DNA of 64,000 nucleotides from Alphaproteobacteria bacterium (GTDB lineage Bacteria; Pseudomonadota; Alphaproteobacteria; JAQWUY01): NCBI GenBank assembly GCA_965232465.1, contig OZ246977.1, positions 580,649 to 644,648 of the forward strand, read 5' to 3'. Shown piece by piece: positions 51,252 to 62,459 of this stretch (position 1 is its first letter; each line of letters starts with the position of its first letter). The notes under the pieces were generated by a model. It saw only the letters and a program-made list of their open reading frames with translations, ran no database searches and was not told where the DNA came from. The position numbers and the translations under genes were made by a program.

Positions 51252-52112
51252 TTAAGATAGACTTTTTTGGTTAATTTGCTGTTTATTTTGATATGGAAGC
51301 GGTGTAGCTGTAAGCGGAACCGCTTTTATATCGAAATGCATTGTATAGGTTTCATTTGGGGTTTGCAAGCCAAATTTTGTGTGGGGTCTGTGGGCATTGT
51401 AAAACTGTATCCAATCCCTTATGTCCTGCTGTGCCTGTGTGCCATTGACAAAGTCCCTTAGATACACACATTCATACTTCAAGCTCCGCCATAACCGTTC
51501 TATAAACACATTGTCTTTCCATGCCCCCTTGCCGTCCATGGATATTTTAATGCCATTGGCTTTTAATATATCCGTAAACGCTGTTGCTGTAAACTGGCTT
51601 CCCTGATCCGTATTCAATATATCGGGCTTAGGGTAAGTGTATAATGCGTCTTCTAGGGCTTCAATACAGAACCCAGTATCCAATGTATTGGATAATCGCC
51701 ACGATAGTACTTTACGGCTGTACCAGTCCATAATGGCGACCAAATACATGTACCCCTTGTGGATGGGAATATAGGTAATGTCTGTACACCAAACTTGATT
51801 AACCCTATTTACTGTTACATTCCTCAGCAAATAAGGATATACCTTGTGGGCACGGTCTGGAATGCTGGTATTAGGCTTTGGATATATGGCTTTTAAACCC
51901 ATAAGTTTCATAAGCCTAGAAATCCGTTTCCTGTTTACTTTATAGCCTGACTTTTGCAAGTATTTAGTCATCCTACGGCACCCATAAAATGGCCACTTGA
52001 CAAATGCTTTGCGTATCAAATCCATCATATCTTTGTTTTCCATGCTTGCCTCCTTTGCTTTATAATATACACTACTGCGGTTTATACCTAGTAATGCACA
52101 TGTCCGCCTCAT
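51252..52112 (-). CDS. IS3-family transposase OrfB (DDE integrase)
   Basis: It has an rve core with '…VWCTDITYIPIHKGYMYLVAIMDWYSRKVLSW…NTDQGSQFT…'. Confidence 0.85.
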   Translation of the reverse strand: MRRTCALLGINRSSVYYKAKEASMENKDMMDLIRKAFVKWPFYGCRRMTKYLQKSGYKVNRKRISRLMKLMGLKAIYPKPNTSIPDRAHKVYPYLLRNVTVNRVNQVWCTDITYIPIHKGYMYLVAIMDWYSRKVLSWRLSNTLDTGFCIEALEDALYTYPKPDILNTDQGSQFTATAFTDILKANGIKISMDGKGAWKDNVFIERLWRSLKYECVYLRDFVNGTQAQQDIRDWIQFYNAHRPHTKFGLQTPNETYTMHFDIKAVPLTATPLPYQNKQQINQKSLS

Positions 52113-52114
52113 GC

Positions 52115-52450
52115 TTATTTGCGGTTCTTGTACAGCTGAGATAAAAGATTTTCGCTCCCCAGACCCAAGGCGTCTGAGGCATCTGCTAAAAAATCCCGTT
52201 CCACTGTAAGTTTACCAATCTTAGTATGAAGCATATTTATCTGTGCTTGAGTATCCACCTGTTGGCGTACTAGATTACCCGAAAATCCATCCTCTATGGA
52301 TTGCAAAGCCTCCTTCTTCCAGCGGGTAATAACTGAACTATGGACACCATAAATGGACGATAACTCAGATATGGAAATATCTTCACGTAACGCATGACGA
52401 ACTACTTTCGCCTTGAATTTTGCTGTGTAATTTTTACGATTTCTAATCAT
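52115..52450 (-). CDS. IS3-family transposase OrfA
   Basis: The sequence 'NYTAKFKAKVVRHALREDISISELSSIYGVHSSVITRWKKE' is an HTH. Confidence 0.85.
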   Translation of the reverse strand: MIRNRKNYTAKFKAKVVRHALREDISISELSSIYGVHSSVITRWKKEALQSIEDGFSGNLVRQQVDTQAQINMLHTKIGKLTVERDFLADASDALGLGSENLLSQLYKNRK

Positions 52451-52617
52451 TTTGATTTTACTCCTTGTGTTGTGTAAAATCTATCTTAACATATGGTCTA
52501 GTTTTTGGGGACCATTTCTCTCCACATTTGTTAATCCATGTTTCTGCTGAAACAAAAGAACTTTTATGGTACAACAAAATGCTTGTATTTTAAAGTAAAA
52601 AAATATACAAATACCAT

Positions 52618-52926
52618 ATGACTGAAAAACAAAACGATGTATTAAAACACCATCGACAGGAAATAGACCGTATCGACAATGCCATTATTGACCTGTTGGC
52701 ACAACGGTCCGAAGTGGTACATGCGGTGGGCAAAATTAAAAGTGTCCACAATATACCCGCATGTCTGCCCGACCGTATTCAGCATGTTATCGACACCCGT
52801 ATGAAAAACGCACATTCCCAAGGGGTCGATGTGGATTTGGTGCGTACCATATGGACGGAAATTATCAACACCGCCATTGCCCAAGAACAGGCGTTAATGC
52901 ATGCAAAAGATAGCGATACATCATAA
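52618..52926 (+). CDS. AroQ-class chorismate mutase (CM_2 domain)
   Basis: The sequence 'LKHHRQEIDRIDNAIIDLLAQRSEVVHAVGKIK' is a typical CM_2 helix-1 region. It is a 102-aa monofunctional protein. Confidence 0.7.
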   Translation: MTEKQNDVLKHHRQEIDRIDNAIIDLLAQRSEVVHAVGKIKSVHNIPACLPDRIQHVIDTRMKNAHSQGVDVDLVRTIWTEIINTAIAQEQALMHAKDSDTS

Positions 52927-53074
52927 TATCTTATTGTAATGTATTGCTTATCTTATGACTACATTATTTAGGGCAGCCTCTAAAAATTAGCTTTCTTGAC
53001 TATCTAGTATTGACATATAAGTATTAAGTGTGATATGTGTTAAGTTCTTTAATCTATTTTTTAAGAGTATAAAC

Positions 53075-53554
53075 ATGAAAACGCAAATTATTGCACAGGA
53101 TGTATGGGGAAAAATTAAAAAGCAATGGGAAGCTGATGCGATTTCTTTTGGTGATGATTTAACATATTTACCTTCTATTCATGCTGATCATGGCGAAATA
53201 TTATTGGTAAAAGATGAGGATAATTATCCAGTAATGGTGACCAACCTTGTAATTGCACAGTTACCGGGTATGAATGGTGATACTTTACGATCAACAAAAT
53301 CAGCATTTGCCCCAAAGTTTGAATTTGATTCTGTGGATGATGATCAGTTGGTGCGTATGTATGCATCAGCGGTATTTTTTATTTATGAGCACTCTGTTAA
53401 TAAAAAATGTGATAATATTAAAGTATACACCCCAAGAGCATCGGATATGAAACAATGGCATAGCATTTTATCTGTTATTGCAGACTATGAAAAAATTGAT
53501 CGTACAGTACAATATCAAGGCAGATGGACTGCTTTGGTTAAACGAACAAAATAA
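53075..53554 (+). CDS. Hypothetical cytoplasmic protein of unknown family
   Basis: It has a 160-aa ORF from MKTQIIAQD, no signal peptide, and lies 12 bp upstream of the next ORF, forming an apparent operon with it and the giant exoprotein gene. Confidence 0.4.
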   Translation: MKTQIIAQDVWGKIKKQWEADAISFGDDLTYLPSIHADHGEILLVKDEDNYPVMVTNLVIAQLPGMNGDTLRSTKSAFAPKFEFDSVDDDQLVRMYASAVFFIYEHSVNKKCDNIKVYTPRASDMKQWHSILSVIADYEKIDRTVQYQGRWTALVKRTK

Positions 53555-53566
53555 ACAAAGAAGGAA

Positions 53567-53755
53567 TTGTCAAAAATGATACCAAATAAGGAATATAACA
53601 ACATAACATACGCCGTGTGCTTAGAAGCTGTTAAAAAAGGTTTTGATGCCATAGGTGGGGTGCAGAACGCAAAATATTTAACAGGTTTTGAATGGCATCG
53701 GAAGGTGCTGGAAAATAAAATTTTGCAACACTCTCAATCCAAAAAGAGTGCTTAA
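53567..53755 (+). CDS. Hypothetical small protein (62 aa)
   Basis: It has an AAGGAA Shine-Dalgarno upstream. No match was recognised. Confidence 0.3.
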   Translation: MSKMIPNKEYNNITYAVCLEAVKKGFDAIGGVQNAKYLTGFEWHRKVLENKILQHSQSKKSA

Positions 53756-53807
53756 ATATCCTATAATGGTTAATGGTGCCATTACATTTTTATAAAGGAA
53801 GAAAGAA

Positions 53808-56800
53808 ATGTTACATAAAAAATCTGTTAAGAAGTCGGTAAAATTCGCCCTAAAAACCGCCTCCTCTTTGTGTACGACTGGGCTATTGATTGCAGGGGTG
53901 TCTTATGCGAGTGCTGATTTACCACAAGGGGGATCTGTGTCCAGTGGCACCGCACACATTCAGTATAAGGGCGATGTGTTACACATCGATCAAGCCTCAG
54001 ATAAAGCTGTTATCGATTGGCACAGTTTTTCTGTGGGTAAGGATAACACGGTAAACTTTCACCAACCCAGCACCGATTCCGCAACTTTAAACCGGGTAAC
54101 GGGCGATGTTACGACACAGATTGCTGGGCAAATCAATGCGAAGGGCAGTGTATTTTTGATTAACCCCAATGGTATTATGATTACCAAGGACGGGGTGATT
54201 GACACCGGTAATTTTGTTGCATCGACTCTGGATATTGATAACAACGATTTCTTAAACGGTGATTTTACCTTTACCAAAAATGGTAAAAATGGTGTTGTCG
54301 ATAATCGGGGGTCCATACAGGTGCAGGATGGGGGATTTGTGGCATTGCTGGGTGGTGCGGTGAAAAACGACGGTATTGTCCATGCCCATGTGGGCAAGGT
54401 GGGATTTGCCGGTGGTGAAAAGATTATTATGGCATTTGGCGACAACGATTTTTTACGGGTCGAGGTGCCAACGGATATGTGGAACACCCTGCAAGATGCG
54501 AATGGTAACAAACTATCGGCAACGATCGACCTAAATGGGGATACACAAGCGCATGGCGGTTTTATTGATATAACAGTTGCGGACGCATCGGATATTTTAC
54601 GACAAACCATATCCATAAATGGTGTTATAGCCGCCAACACTGTTTCCGAACAAAATGGCATCATTGCCATCGGTGGCGGTGCCCTAAATATTGGCGGCAA
54701 AGCAACAATTACCGCTGATGCGGGTACAGGTGATGCGGGTACAATTGATATAACCGCCCATAGTGTCGATAGCACAGGCAAGGTAAGTGCCACCGCAACG
54801 CAGGGCAAAGGCGGTACAATCGCCGTTTCCTTACAACAGGGGGCAAACTTTAATGATGGGGCAACATTTGATGTATCCGCTACGCAAGGCGGGGGCGATA
54901 TATCATTTGTGACGGGCACCAAACAAGCATCTTCCTTATTGGGGTCTGTGGACTTTATCGCCAACAGCACACAGGGTAAGGGTGGATATATTGATATTAC
55001 CAGCAAAAGCGGGCATATTGGGTTGTTATCTGGAAAAGTGTCTGCATCTGGCAAAACACAAGGCGGAAGGGTTCGTATTGGTGGTGCGTTCCAAGGTGGG
55101 GGATTTGATACAGATAAAAGTGGATTACATCAAAATATCAAGGATTTATTTGTCAATCGCTGGGCGGACAATGGCCATTTATACGCTTCCAAAACCACTA
55201 AGTTGGGTAATGGTGTACACATTGATATATCATCGACACATGGGACAGGGGGGACGGCGATTATCTGGTCTGATCATACCACTGATCAGCTGGGTAGCAT
55301 CATCGCCACTGGTAATGGCAAAGGTGGGGCGGTGGAAATATCTGGTAAACAAAATTTATATACATATGGTTTACACAAAGTATCCATTGGCAATGGTGAA
55401 TTGTTGCTCGATCCCAAAAATATAATCCTTAATAATGTAAATGGTGTTGGCTTAGTCAAGCGTATTTTCGGGGGTGATAAAGATGGCGGTGTAGTACGGC
55501 GGAATTTTGGCAAGGCGATTGCGGTCAGTAACGATGGCACAAAAATTGCCATTGGGGCACCCGGGGATTTGGTGTCTTCCCCTGATACCAAGGCGGGTGG
55601 GTCTGTGTATTTATTCCTTATGGATTATACCACGGGTGCAGTAACGCAAAAATTGCGTATTACAAATGGCACTGAATCCACCGATGATGATGCAGATGGC
55701 GATACATTTAAATTTAATATTGTCACTAGACAAAGTTTTGGGGAATCTGTTGCCCTAAGTTCAGATGGAAAATACCTTGCCATTGGTGACGATACAACAG
55801 AAAAAGTATGGGTGCTTGAAACAGAAAATTGGTCAAGTGGGAAAGCAACCACATTTAAAGAAGAACATGTGTTATTAGCAAAAGGCGAAACAGGATTAAA
55901 CATTGATTCGGATGTTGCATTTGGGACTTCCCTTGCCATATCTGATGATGGCACTAAGCTAGCAGTAGGGGCACCGAATGATCATGGTGGTGGGGGTACA
56001 AACTTTAAAGGGGCGGTATATTTGTTTAATATTAATACCACCAATAAAACTGTGACGCAGCGGACAAAAATTCGAGATAAAGTTGGTGGATTGGATTTGC
56101 AAAATTCAGATAATTTTGGATTTGGGCTGTCGATGAATGCGGATGGCACTCGATTGGCGGTGGGGGCGATTGGCACTAAGAGGGGCAGTGATGATGATGT
56201 AGGATCTGTATTTATTATGGATTTAAAAAATTGGACAACAGGCACATTCAGTGCCACCCAAAAACTTGAATTACAAGGGGAAAAACAAAAAGATTACTTT
56301 GGTTCCTCAGTGGCGTTAAATGGGGATGGTACAAAATTAGTGGTGGGTGCTCCGGGTGTCGAAACCAAAAACGATGATGATGGTTTCCTTAATTTTGGTG
56401 CCATATACACATATGACTTAACATGGACAGGCAATCCAGCCACTGTAACCGCCAGCAACAAACAAAAAATTACACACGGTACCACATATGGGGGGCGTAC
56501 CCTTGATTTCAGCGAAGGGGGGGCTTTTGGACATGCAGTAGCAATGAGTGCTGATGCAACAAAAGTATTTGTCGGTCAATCAGGCATACAGGTTAATTCC
56601 GCCTTTGATAAACAACAGGGATCTGTATATGTGTTTAACACGCTTAACCAAGCCATCAATTATAAAAATATGTTAAATGCGGGAACCAATATAACTTTGC
56701 TAGCATCAAACGATATTACCATTAATGCGGTGCTCGATACCTCAACGGATACAGGTACTTCGGGGAAATTACAATTATTTGCTGGACGGTCGATTATCAT

Positions 56801-59699
56801 AAATCAAGATGTAAAAATTAAAGGCGGATTGACACTAGTCGCTAATATGGAAGACAGTTTTTACGCCCTTAGCCCCAGCGTCAGCGAATGGGTTCGTAAA
56901 GACGATACAGATGCGGAAATTACTGTTGCCGATGGCAAAACAATCTCTGGCGGCGATGCAGATCTCCTCCTTATTATGGGCAAGGGACATTCCAAAGAAG
57001 CTAAACATTATGCGGGTAATATTACCCTTGGCGATGCGGATGCAAATCGTATCAGTATTGTCAACAAAGGTAAAAAATCCAAAAGCGGTCAAGAAGGGCG
57101 TATTATTATCCGTAATGGCGGACAACTGCATGCGACAAAATCCGATGCGATTGCCGGACAAGTTACATTGGAATTACGGGCACAAGGGGGCTTAAAAAAT
57201 GAATCCGATGCCAATGCGTTAAAGGTCGAAGGCAACGGCAGGTATTTGGTATGGGCAAAATATGCCCGTTTTAATGATTTAAATGGCATTACAAATTATG
57301 ATTTTTCACAATTTGACAAAAAGTACGATCCAAGCAAGGACGCCTTTAAAAACAAAAACACCTCTGCCACATCTGGCACCATATTTACCGGCAATGGTTT
57401 TGTATATGAACAAGAAGTCCGATATAATTTGGTGCTAAGTGGTAATAAGAATAAGGTGTATGATGGCACCGCAAATGTATTAGATATGGATAAAAGAAAA
57501 GTTTCTGTGGAATTGATCGATTATGATAATACAGGCGTATATTTCGGCACCTCTTATAATGGTAATACCCAGATCCCCAACCATCGCAACATTAAAATGA
57601 CCATCGACGATTCGAAGATGACCGCAAAATATACTGCTACGAATAAGCAAGAGAAAAGTGGTGTCCGCACTGCGTCATATATTGTCGCAAAAGGTATCGA
57701 AACCAGCAATCTTATCGATAAAAACACCAAACCTGTTTATGGGGCGGTCAGCTTGAATACAGATGCGAATGGCAAAGGTGAGGCCGTATCAGTAGGCAAA
57801 ATTACCCAACGCACAGTATATATCGATACCAATGAATTGGTTGTATCCGCACGGAAATATGATGGTACGAAAGGTGCGGTTGTTACCGTGTCCACAGATT
57901 CGAAAAAAGACGGCTTGTCCGCCCTTAGTGGTAATACAGGTGTATTAGCAATCGATCAAGGGGCAAATGGTGCCAAGGACGATGCTAAGTTAAAATTGGT
58001 ACTTACCAATGGGGCGTTTGTGCATGCGAATAAAAACGCTGGGGCGGATAAGCAACTGCAAATTGCTACAGCAGGCAATATTGTATTGCATGGGTCCAGC
58101 AAAGATAACTATGATTTAAAAGTTAAGGATGAAACTGGTGCGGTAAAAACTATCGCCCAAAATATCAAAGTAAAAGATTTGAAGCAGACAATTAACAAAC
58201 GGGCATTGATTCTCGATGCAAGTGAATTGTCGCTTGATCCCCGTGTTTATGATGGTACAGCAAAAGCCACAGTCAAAATAGCCACTAACAAAGATGGTTT
58301 TGTTGCCCTTGATACAAGTAAAGATACAGGCAAAATTAATGGGGATACAGTTACCTTAACTGTTGACAATAGCGGTGCGGTTGGGGCGTTTAAATTTGCC
58401 AATGCCAATGCGGGTGCCAACAAACAGGTATCGATTGATCAAAAAAGCAAAATCACCTTATCTGGTGCCAGCAAAGATAACTATGTACTGCACTTTATCG
58501 ATGCGGCAGACGACACCTCCAAAGTACTTGCCGATAGCGGAGCAGTAAAAGGTTTAACAAAAACGATTGATAAAGCAAGTCTAATTTTACGGGTATCTGA
58601 TTTACAAGTAAAAACCCGTGTCTATGACCGCACCACTAACGCCCCAGTGGGTTTAAAAGCAAACAGCTTAGGTTATCAACCGCAGTTGGCTAGCGGCGAT
58701 AAAGCAGAAGATGTTACCATGATCATTGCATCAGGGGCGTTTGCCTATGCCGATAATAAAGTCGGTGACGACAAAATTGCATATTTAAATGACAAGAGTA
58801 AAATATCGCTAGGGGGACTTAAAGGGGATAATTATAAAGTGGTTATCGCCGCCAACAATGGTGATGATTTGGGTCTGACAGGGGATATAACAAAGCGGAA
58901 ATTAACCCTCGATGCAAGTGAATTAAATATCGCCCCCAAGGTATATAATGGGAAGGTAGATGTGACCTTTAATTTGCGTGGTAAAGATGGATTAAAAGAT
59001 GATGCTGTATTTATGGCGGATAAATCGGATGGTGATGTGTCGTTTAATATAGGTACTGGTGGGTTTGTGTTTAACAATGAGAAAGTTGGCAAAAATAAAC
59101 AAATCAAGATTGGGGATAAAACCAAATTTACATTAAGCGGTGCGGATGCAGGCAATTATGAGATTACCTTAACCGATCATATGGATGTAAAAGGTTTAAA
59201 GGGTACCATTATGCTTTCCTCTAGTGATGGTGATGGCGGTAGCAGTGGTGATAGTGGTGGGGGTGGGGGCGGTGGCGGTGCCATTGTGCTTGTCGGTGTT
59301 GGCGTAGCCGCTGTGGTAATGGGCGGCGGTGCGACAGCCGCAGCGGGTGCAGGTGCTGTTGGTACAGGTGCTGCAGGCGGTGCCAGTGGGGGATTAAGCA
59401 AACCCCTTGGCAGTGTCGACAGTATTTTTAACCAGGTGTTTTATGCCCATATAAAAGGTATCGACATGCGGGCAATTACCCATGCACACCCAAAAACTGC
59501 AACTATATTTACACAAAACACAAAACCGATGGTACCATATAATACAAAAATATGGGCAAAATACGACTTAACCTTGTTGGCAAACAATATCAAGGCACAG
59601 CAGGTTATTCCCTTGTGGCAATGGACCCCAGATATGTATGAAAGCATAAAACAAATATTCGTACAACAAACCCCAAATACAACACATAAAAAGGTATAA
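53808..59699 (+). CDS. Giant TpsA/filamentous-haemagglutinin-like exoprotein (TPS domain + FG-GAP beta-propeller + repeated YDG-type modules + Gly-rich hydrophobic segment + unique C-terminal domain)
   Basis: It has an extended signal peptide followed by TPS ('haemagglutination activity') domain motifs '…AVIDWHSFSVGKDNTVNFHQPSTDSATLNRVTG…FLINPNGIMI…'. It has six FG-GAP repeats (FGKAIAVSNDGTKIAIGAPGD, and so on). It has five or more roughly 110-aa modules with 'L(I/T)LDASEL…P(K/R)VYDGT'. It then has a run of 10 glycines and a Gly/Ala/Val hydrophobic stretch, followed by a roughly 100-aa C-terminal domain. It is 1963 aa. Confidence 0.85.
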   Translation: MLHKKSVKKSVKFALKTASSLCTTGLLIAGVSYASADLPQGGSVSSGTAHIQYKGDVLHIDQASDKAVIDWHSFSVGKDNTVNFHQPSTDSATLNRVTGDVTTQIAGQINAKGSVFLINPNGIMITKDGVIDTGNFVASTLDIDNNDFLNGDFTFTKNGKNGVVDNRGSIQVQDGGFVALLGGAVKNDGIVHAHVGKVGFAGGEKIIMAFGDNDFLRVEVPTDMWNTLQDANGNKLSATIDLNGDTQAHGGFIDITVADASDILRQTISINGVIAANTVSEQNGIIAIGGGALNIGGKATITADAGTGDAGTIDITAHSVDSTGKVSATATQGKGGTIAVSLQQGANFNDGATFDVSATQGGGDISFVTGTKQASSLLGSVDFIANSTQGKGGYIDITSKSGHIGLLSGKVSASGKTQGGRVRIGGAFQGGGFDTDKSGLHQNIKDLFVNRWADNGHLYASKTTKLGNGVHIDISSTHGTGGTAIIWSDHTTDQLGSIIATGNGKGGAVEISGKQNLYTYGLHKVSIGNGELLLDPKNIILNNVNGVGLVKRIFGGDKDGGVVRRNFGKAIAVSNDGTKIAIGAPGDLVSSPDTKAGGSVYLFLMDYTTGAVTQKLRITNGTESTDDDADGDTFKFNIVTRQSFGESVALSSDGKYLAIGDDTTEKVWVLETENWSSGKATTFKEEHVLLAKGETGLNIDSDVAFGTSLAISDDGTKLAVGAPNDHGGGGTNFKGAVYLFNINTTNKTVTQRTKIRDKVGGLDLQNSDNFGFGLSMNADGTRLAVGAIGTKRGSDDDVGSVFIMDLKNWTTGTFSATQKLELQGEKQKDYFGSSVALNGDGTKLVVGAPGVETKNDDDGFLNFGAIYTYDLTWTGNPATVTASNKQKITHGTTYGGRTLDFSEGGAFGHAVAMSADATKVFVGQSGIQVNSAFDKQQGSVYVFNTLNQAINYKNMLNAGTNITLLASNDITINAVLDTSTDTGTSGKLQLFAGRSIIINQDVKIKGGLTLVANMEDSFYALSPSVSEWVRKDDTDAEITVADGKTISGGDADLLLIMGKGHSKEAKHYAGNITLGDADANRISIVNKGKKSKSGQEGRIIIRNGGQLHATKSDAIAGQVTLELRAQGGLKNESDANALKVEGNGRYLVWAKYARFNDLNGITNYDFSQFDKKYDPSKDAFKNKNTSATSGTIFTGNGFVYEQEVRYNLVLSGNKNKVYDGTANVLDMDKRKVSVELIDYDNTGVYFGTSYNGNTQIPNHRNIKMTIDDSKMTAKYTATNKQEKSGVRTASYIVAKGIETSNLIDKNTKPVYGAVSLNTDANGKGEAVSVGKITQRTVYIDTNELVVSARKYDGTKGAVVTVSTDSKKDGLSALSGNTGVLAIDQGANGAKDDAKLKLVLTNGAFVHANKNAGADKQLQIATAGNIVLHGSSKDNYDLKVKDETGAVKTIAQNIKVKDLKQTINKRALILDASELSLDPRVYDGTAKATVKIATNKDGFVALDTSKDTGKINGDTVTLTVDNSGAVGAFKFANANAGANKQVSIDQKSKITLSGASKDNYVLHFIDAADDTSKVLADSGAVKGLTKTIDKASLILRVSDLQVKTRVYDRTTNAPVGLKANSLGYQPQLASGDKAEDVTMIIASGAFAYADNKVGDDKIAYLNDKSKISLGGLKGDNYKVVIAANNGDDLGLTGDITKRKLTLDASELNIAPKVYNGKVDVTFNLRGKDGLKDDAVFMADKSDGDVSFNIGTGGFVFNNEKVGKNKQIKIGDKTKFTLSGADAGNYEITLTDHMDVKGLKGTIMLSSSDGDGGSSGDSGGGGGGGGAIVLVGVGVAAVVMGGGATAAAGAGAVGTGAAGGASGGLSKPLGSVDSIFNQVFYAHIKGIDMRAITHAHPKTATIFTQNTKPMVPYNTKIWAKYDLTLLANNIKAQQVIPLWQWTPDMYESIKQIFVQQTPNTTHKKV

Positions 59700-59744
59700 T
59701 TTTGACTGTTTAGAGTAATTGTAAATTGCCTAATAATAACATCA

Positions 59745-59772
59745 AAAAAGCCCCCATAATGGGGGCTTTTTT
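59745..59772. terminator. Bidirectional Rho-independent terminator between the exoprotein gene and groEL
   Basis: The sequence is aaaaaaGCCCCCataatGGGGGCtttttt. Confidence 0.75.
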
Positions 59773-59800
59773 CTGTTCAGAATTGAATTGTTATGCGGAT

Positions 59801-61459
<1,659 letters not shown>

Positions 61460-61484
61460 TTAAAGTATTGCGAATATGATTTAT

Positions 61485-61775
61485 TTATCCTTCAAGGACA
61501 CCGATTACATCTGATTCTTTTAAAATCGTGTATTCGTTGCCATCAATTTTAACATCTGTGCCTGCCCATTCCGCAAACATCACCACATCCCCTTCTTTTA
61601 CATCCAAGGACCGTACAGAACCATCGTCTTTAATATATCCATTACCAACGGATAATACTTTGGCTTGTGTGGGTTTTTCCTGTGATGAATCGGGCAAGAT
61701 AATACCGCCTGCGGTAACTGTTTCTTTGGCAACCCGCTCAACTAAGATACGATCATGTAAAGGTCTGAATTTCAT
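61485..61775 (-). CDS. groS: Co-chaperonin GroES (Cpn10)
   Basis: The sequence '[15 protein letters not shown]…GGIILPDS…' is present. The start was set at the internal Met, giving 96 aa. Confidence 0.95.
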   Translation of the reverse strand: MKFRPLHDRILVERVAKETVTAGGIILPDSSQEKPTQAKVLSVGNGYIKDDGSVRSLDVKEGDVVMFAEWAGTDVKIDGNEYTILKESDVIGVLEG

Positions 61776-61825
61776 TTTAATCTCCTTTTTGTTAAAAATA
61801 AACCTCGTGTTGTTGTGTACTGTAA

Positions 61826-61853
61826 ATATAAGGAGGTTTTTATCAGTTTCAAG
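61826..61853 (-). promoter_or_regulatory. Candidate sigma-32 (RpoH)-type heat-shock promoter for groESL
   Basis: The minus strand reads CTTGAAA - 13 nt - CCTTATAT, about 50 nt upstream of the groES start, against the consensus CTTGAA-N13-15-CCCCATNT. No CIRCE inverted repeat is visible. Confidence 0.3.
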
Positions 61854-61899
61854 TCTTTTTTTAATTTTTTTACACAAATCTTTTAAAATATATCATTTA

Positions 61900-61938
61900 T
61901 AAAAAAACCTCTCTTATGGGAAACAAGAGAGGTTTTGT
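61900..61938 (-). terminator. Rho-independent terminator after hupB
   Basis: The plus strand reads aaaaaaACCTCTCTTatgggaaacAAGAGAGGTttt. The minus-strand transcript ends in a U-run. Confidence 0.7.
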
Positions 61939-61962
61939 AAATGTTTAAAAGATACCACAATT

Positions 61963-62235
61963 TTAGTTTACAGCGTCCTTTAAACCTTTACCTGCTTTAA
62001 ACTTAGGTTGCTTAGAGGCTTTAATTTGAATGGCTTCACCTGTACGGGGGTTGCGACCAGTTGTTGCAGCACGCTCAGATACATAAAAAGTACCAAAACC
62101 AATCAGGCGCACTTCGTCATTTTTTGCTAATGCGGATGTAATCGTTGCAAACACAGCATCTATGGCTTTTGTAGCATCCACTTTTGTTTGTCCTGTAGCA
62201 GATGCAACAGCTTCAACCAATTCATTTTTATTCAT
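61963..62235 (-). CDS. hupB: DNA-binding protein HU (beta-type)
   Basis: The sequence '[11 protein letters not shown]…[25 protein letters not shown]' is the HU/IHF signature. It is 90 aa and lies downstream of lon as in clpX-lon-hupB loci. Confidence 0.9.
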   Translation of the reverse strand: MNKNELVEAVASATGQTKVDATKAIDAVFATITSALAKNDEVRLIGFGTFYVSERAATTGRNPRTGEAIQIKASKQPKFKAGKGLKDAVN

Positions 62236-62459
62236 TTCACTTTCCCTTCAAAAAGATTTAATTAACATAGGCGGATATTCGCCTTATATGTACCCTTAAT
62301 ACACTAAGGTACATCCTTTTGCCATTAAATAGGAAAATTAATGGCTTGTCAACAAGAAAATTAAGGATTCTTTATATTTTAGTAGTTTTTTATTGATATT
62401 GGGATAAACACCCATATTCAAAAGCGATGGTAACATTACCAAATCGTCTTTTGTCAATT

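Larger units (their letters stand above)
51203..52517 (-). mobile_element. IS3-family insertion sequence, copy 'b', related to but distinct from copy 'a' (OrfB about 75% identical)
   Basis: The inverted repeats are 'agaagtggaccccattgtttggaccatt…ttaagatagac' (51203..) and 'gtaaaatctatcttaacatatggtctagtttttggggaccatttctct' (..52517). orfA is 52115..52450 and orfB is 51252..52112. Confidence 0.8.
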
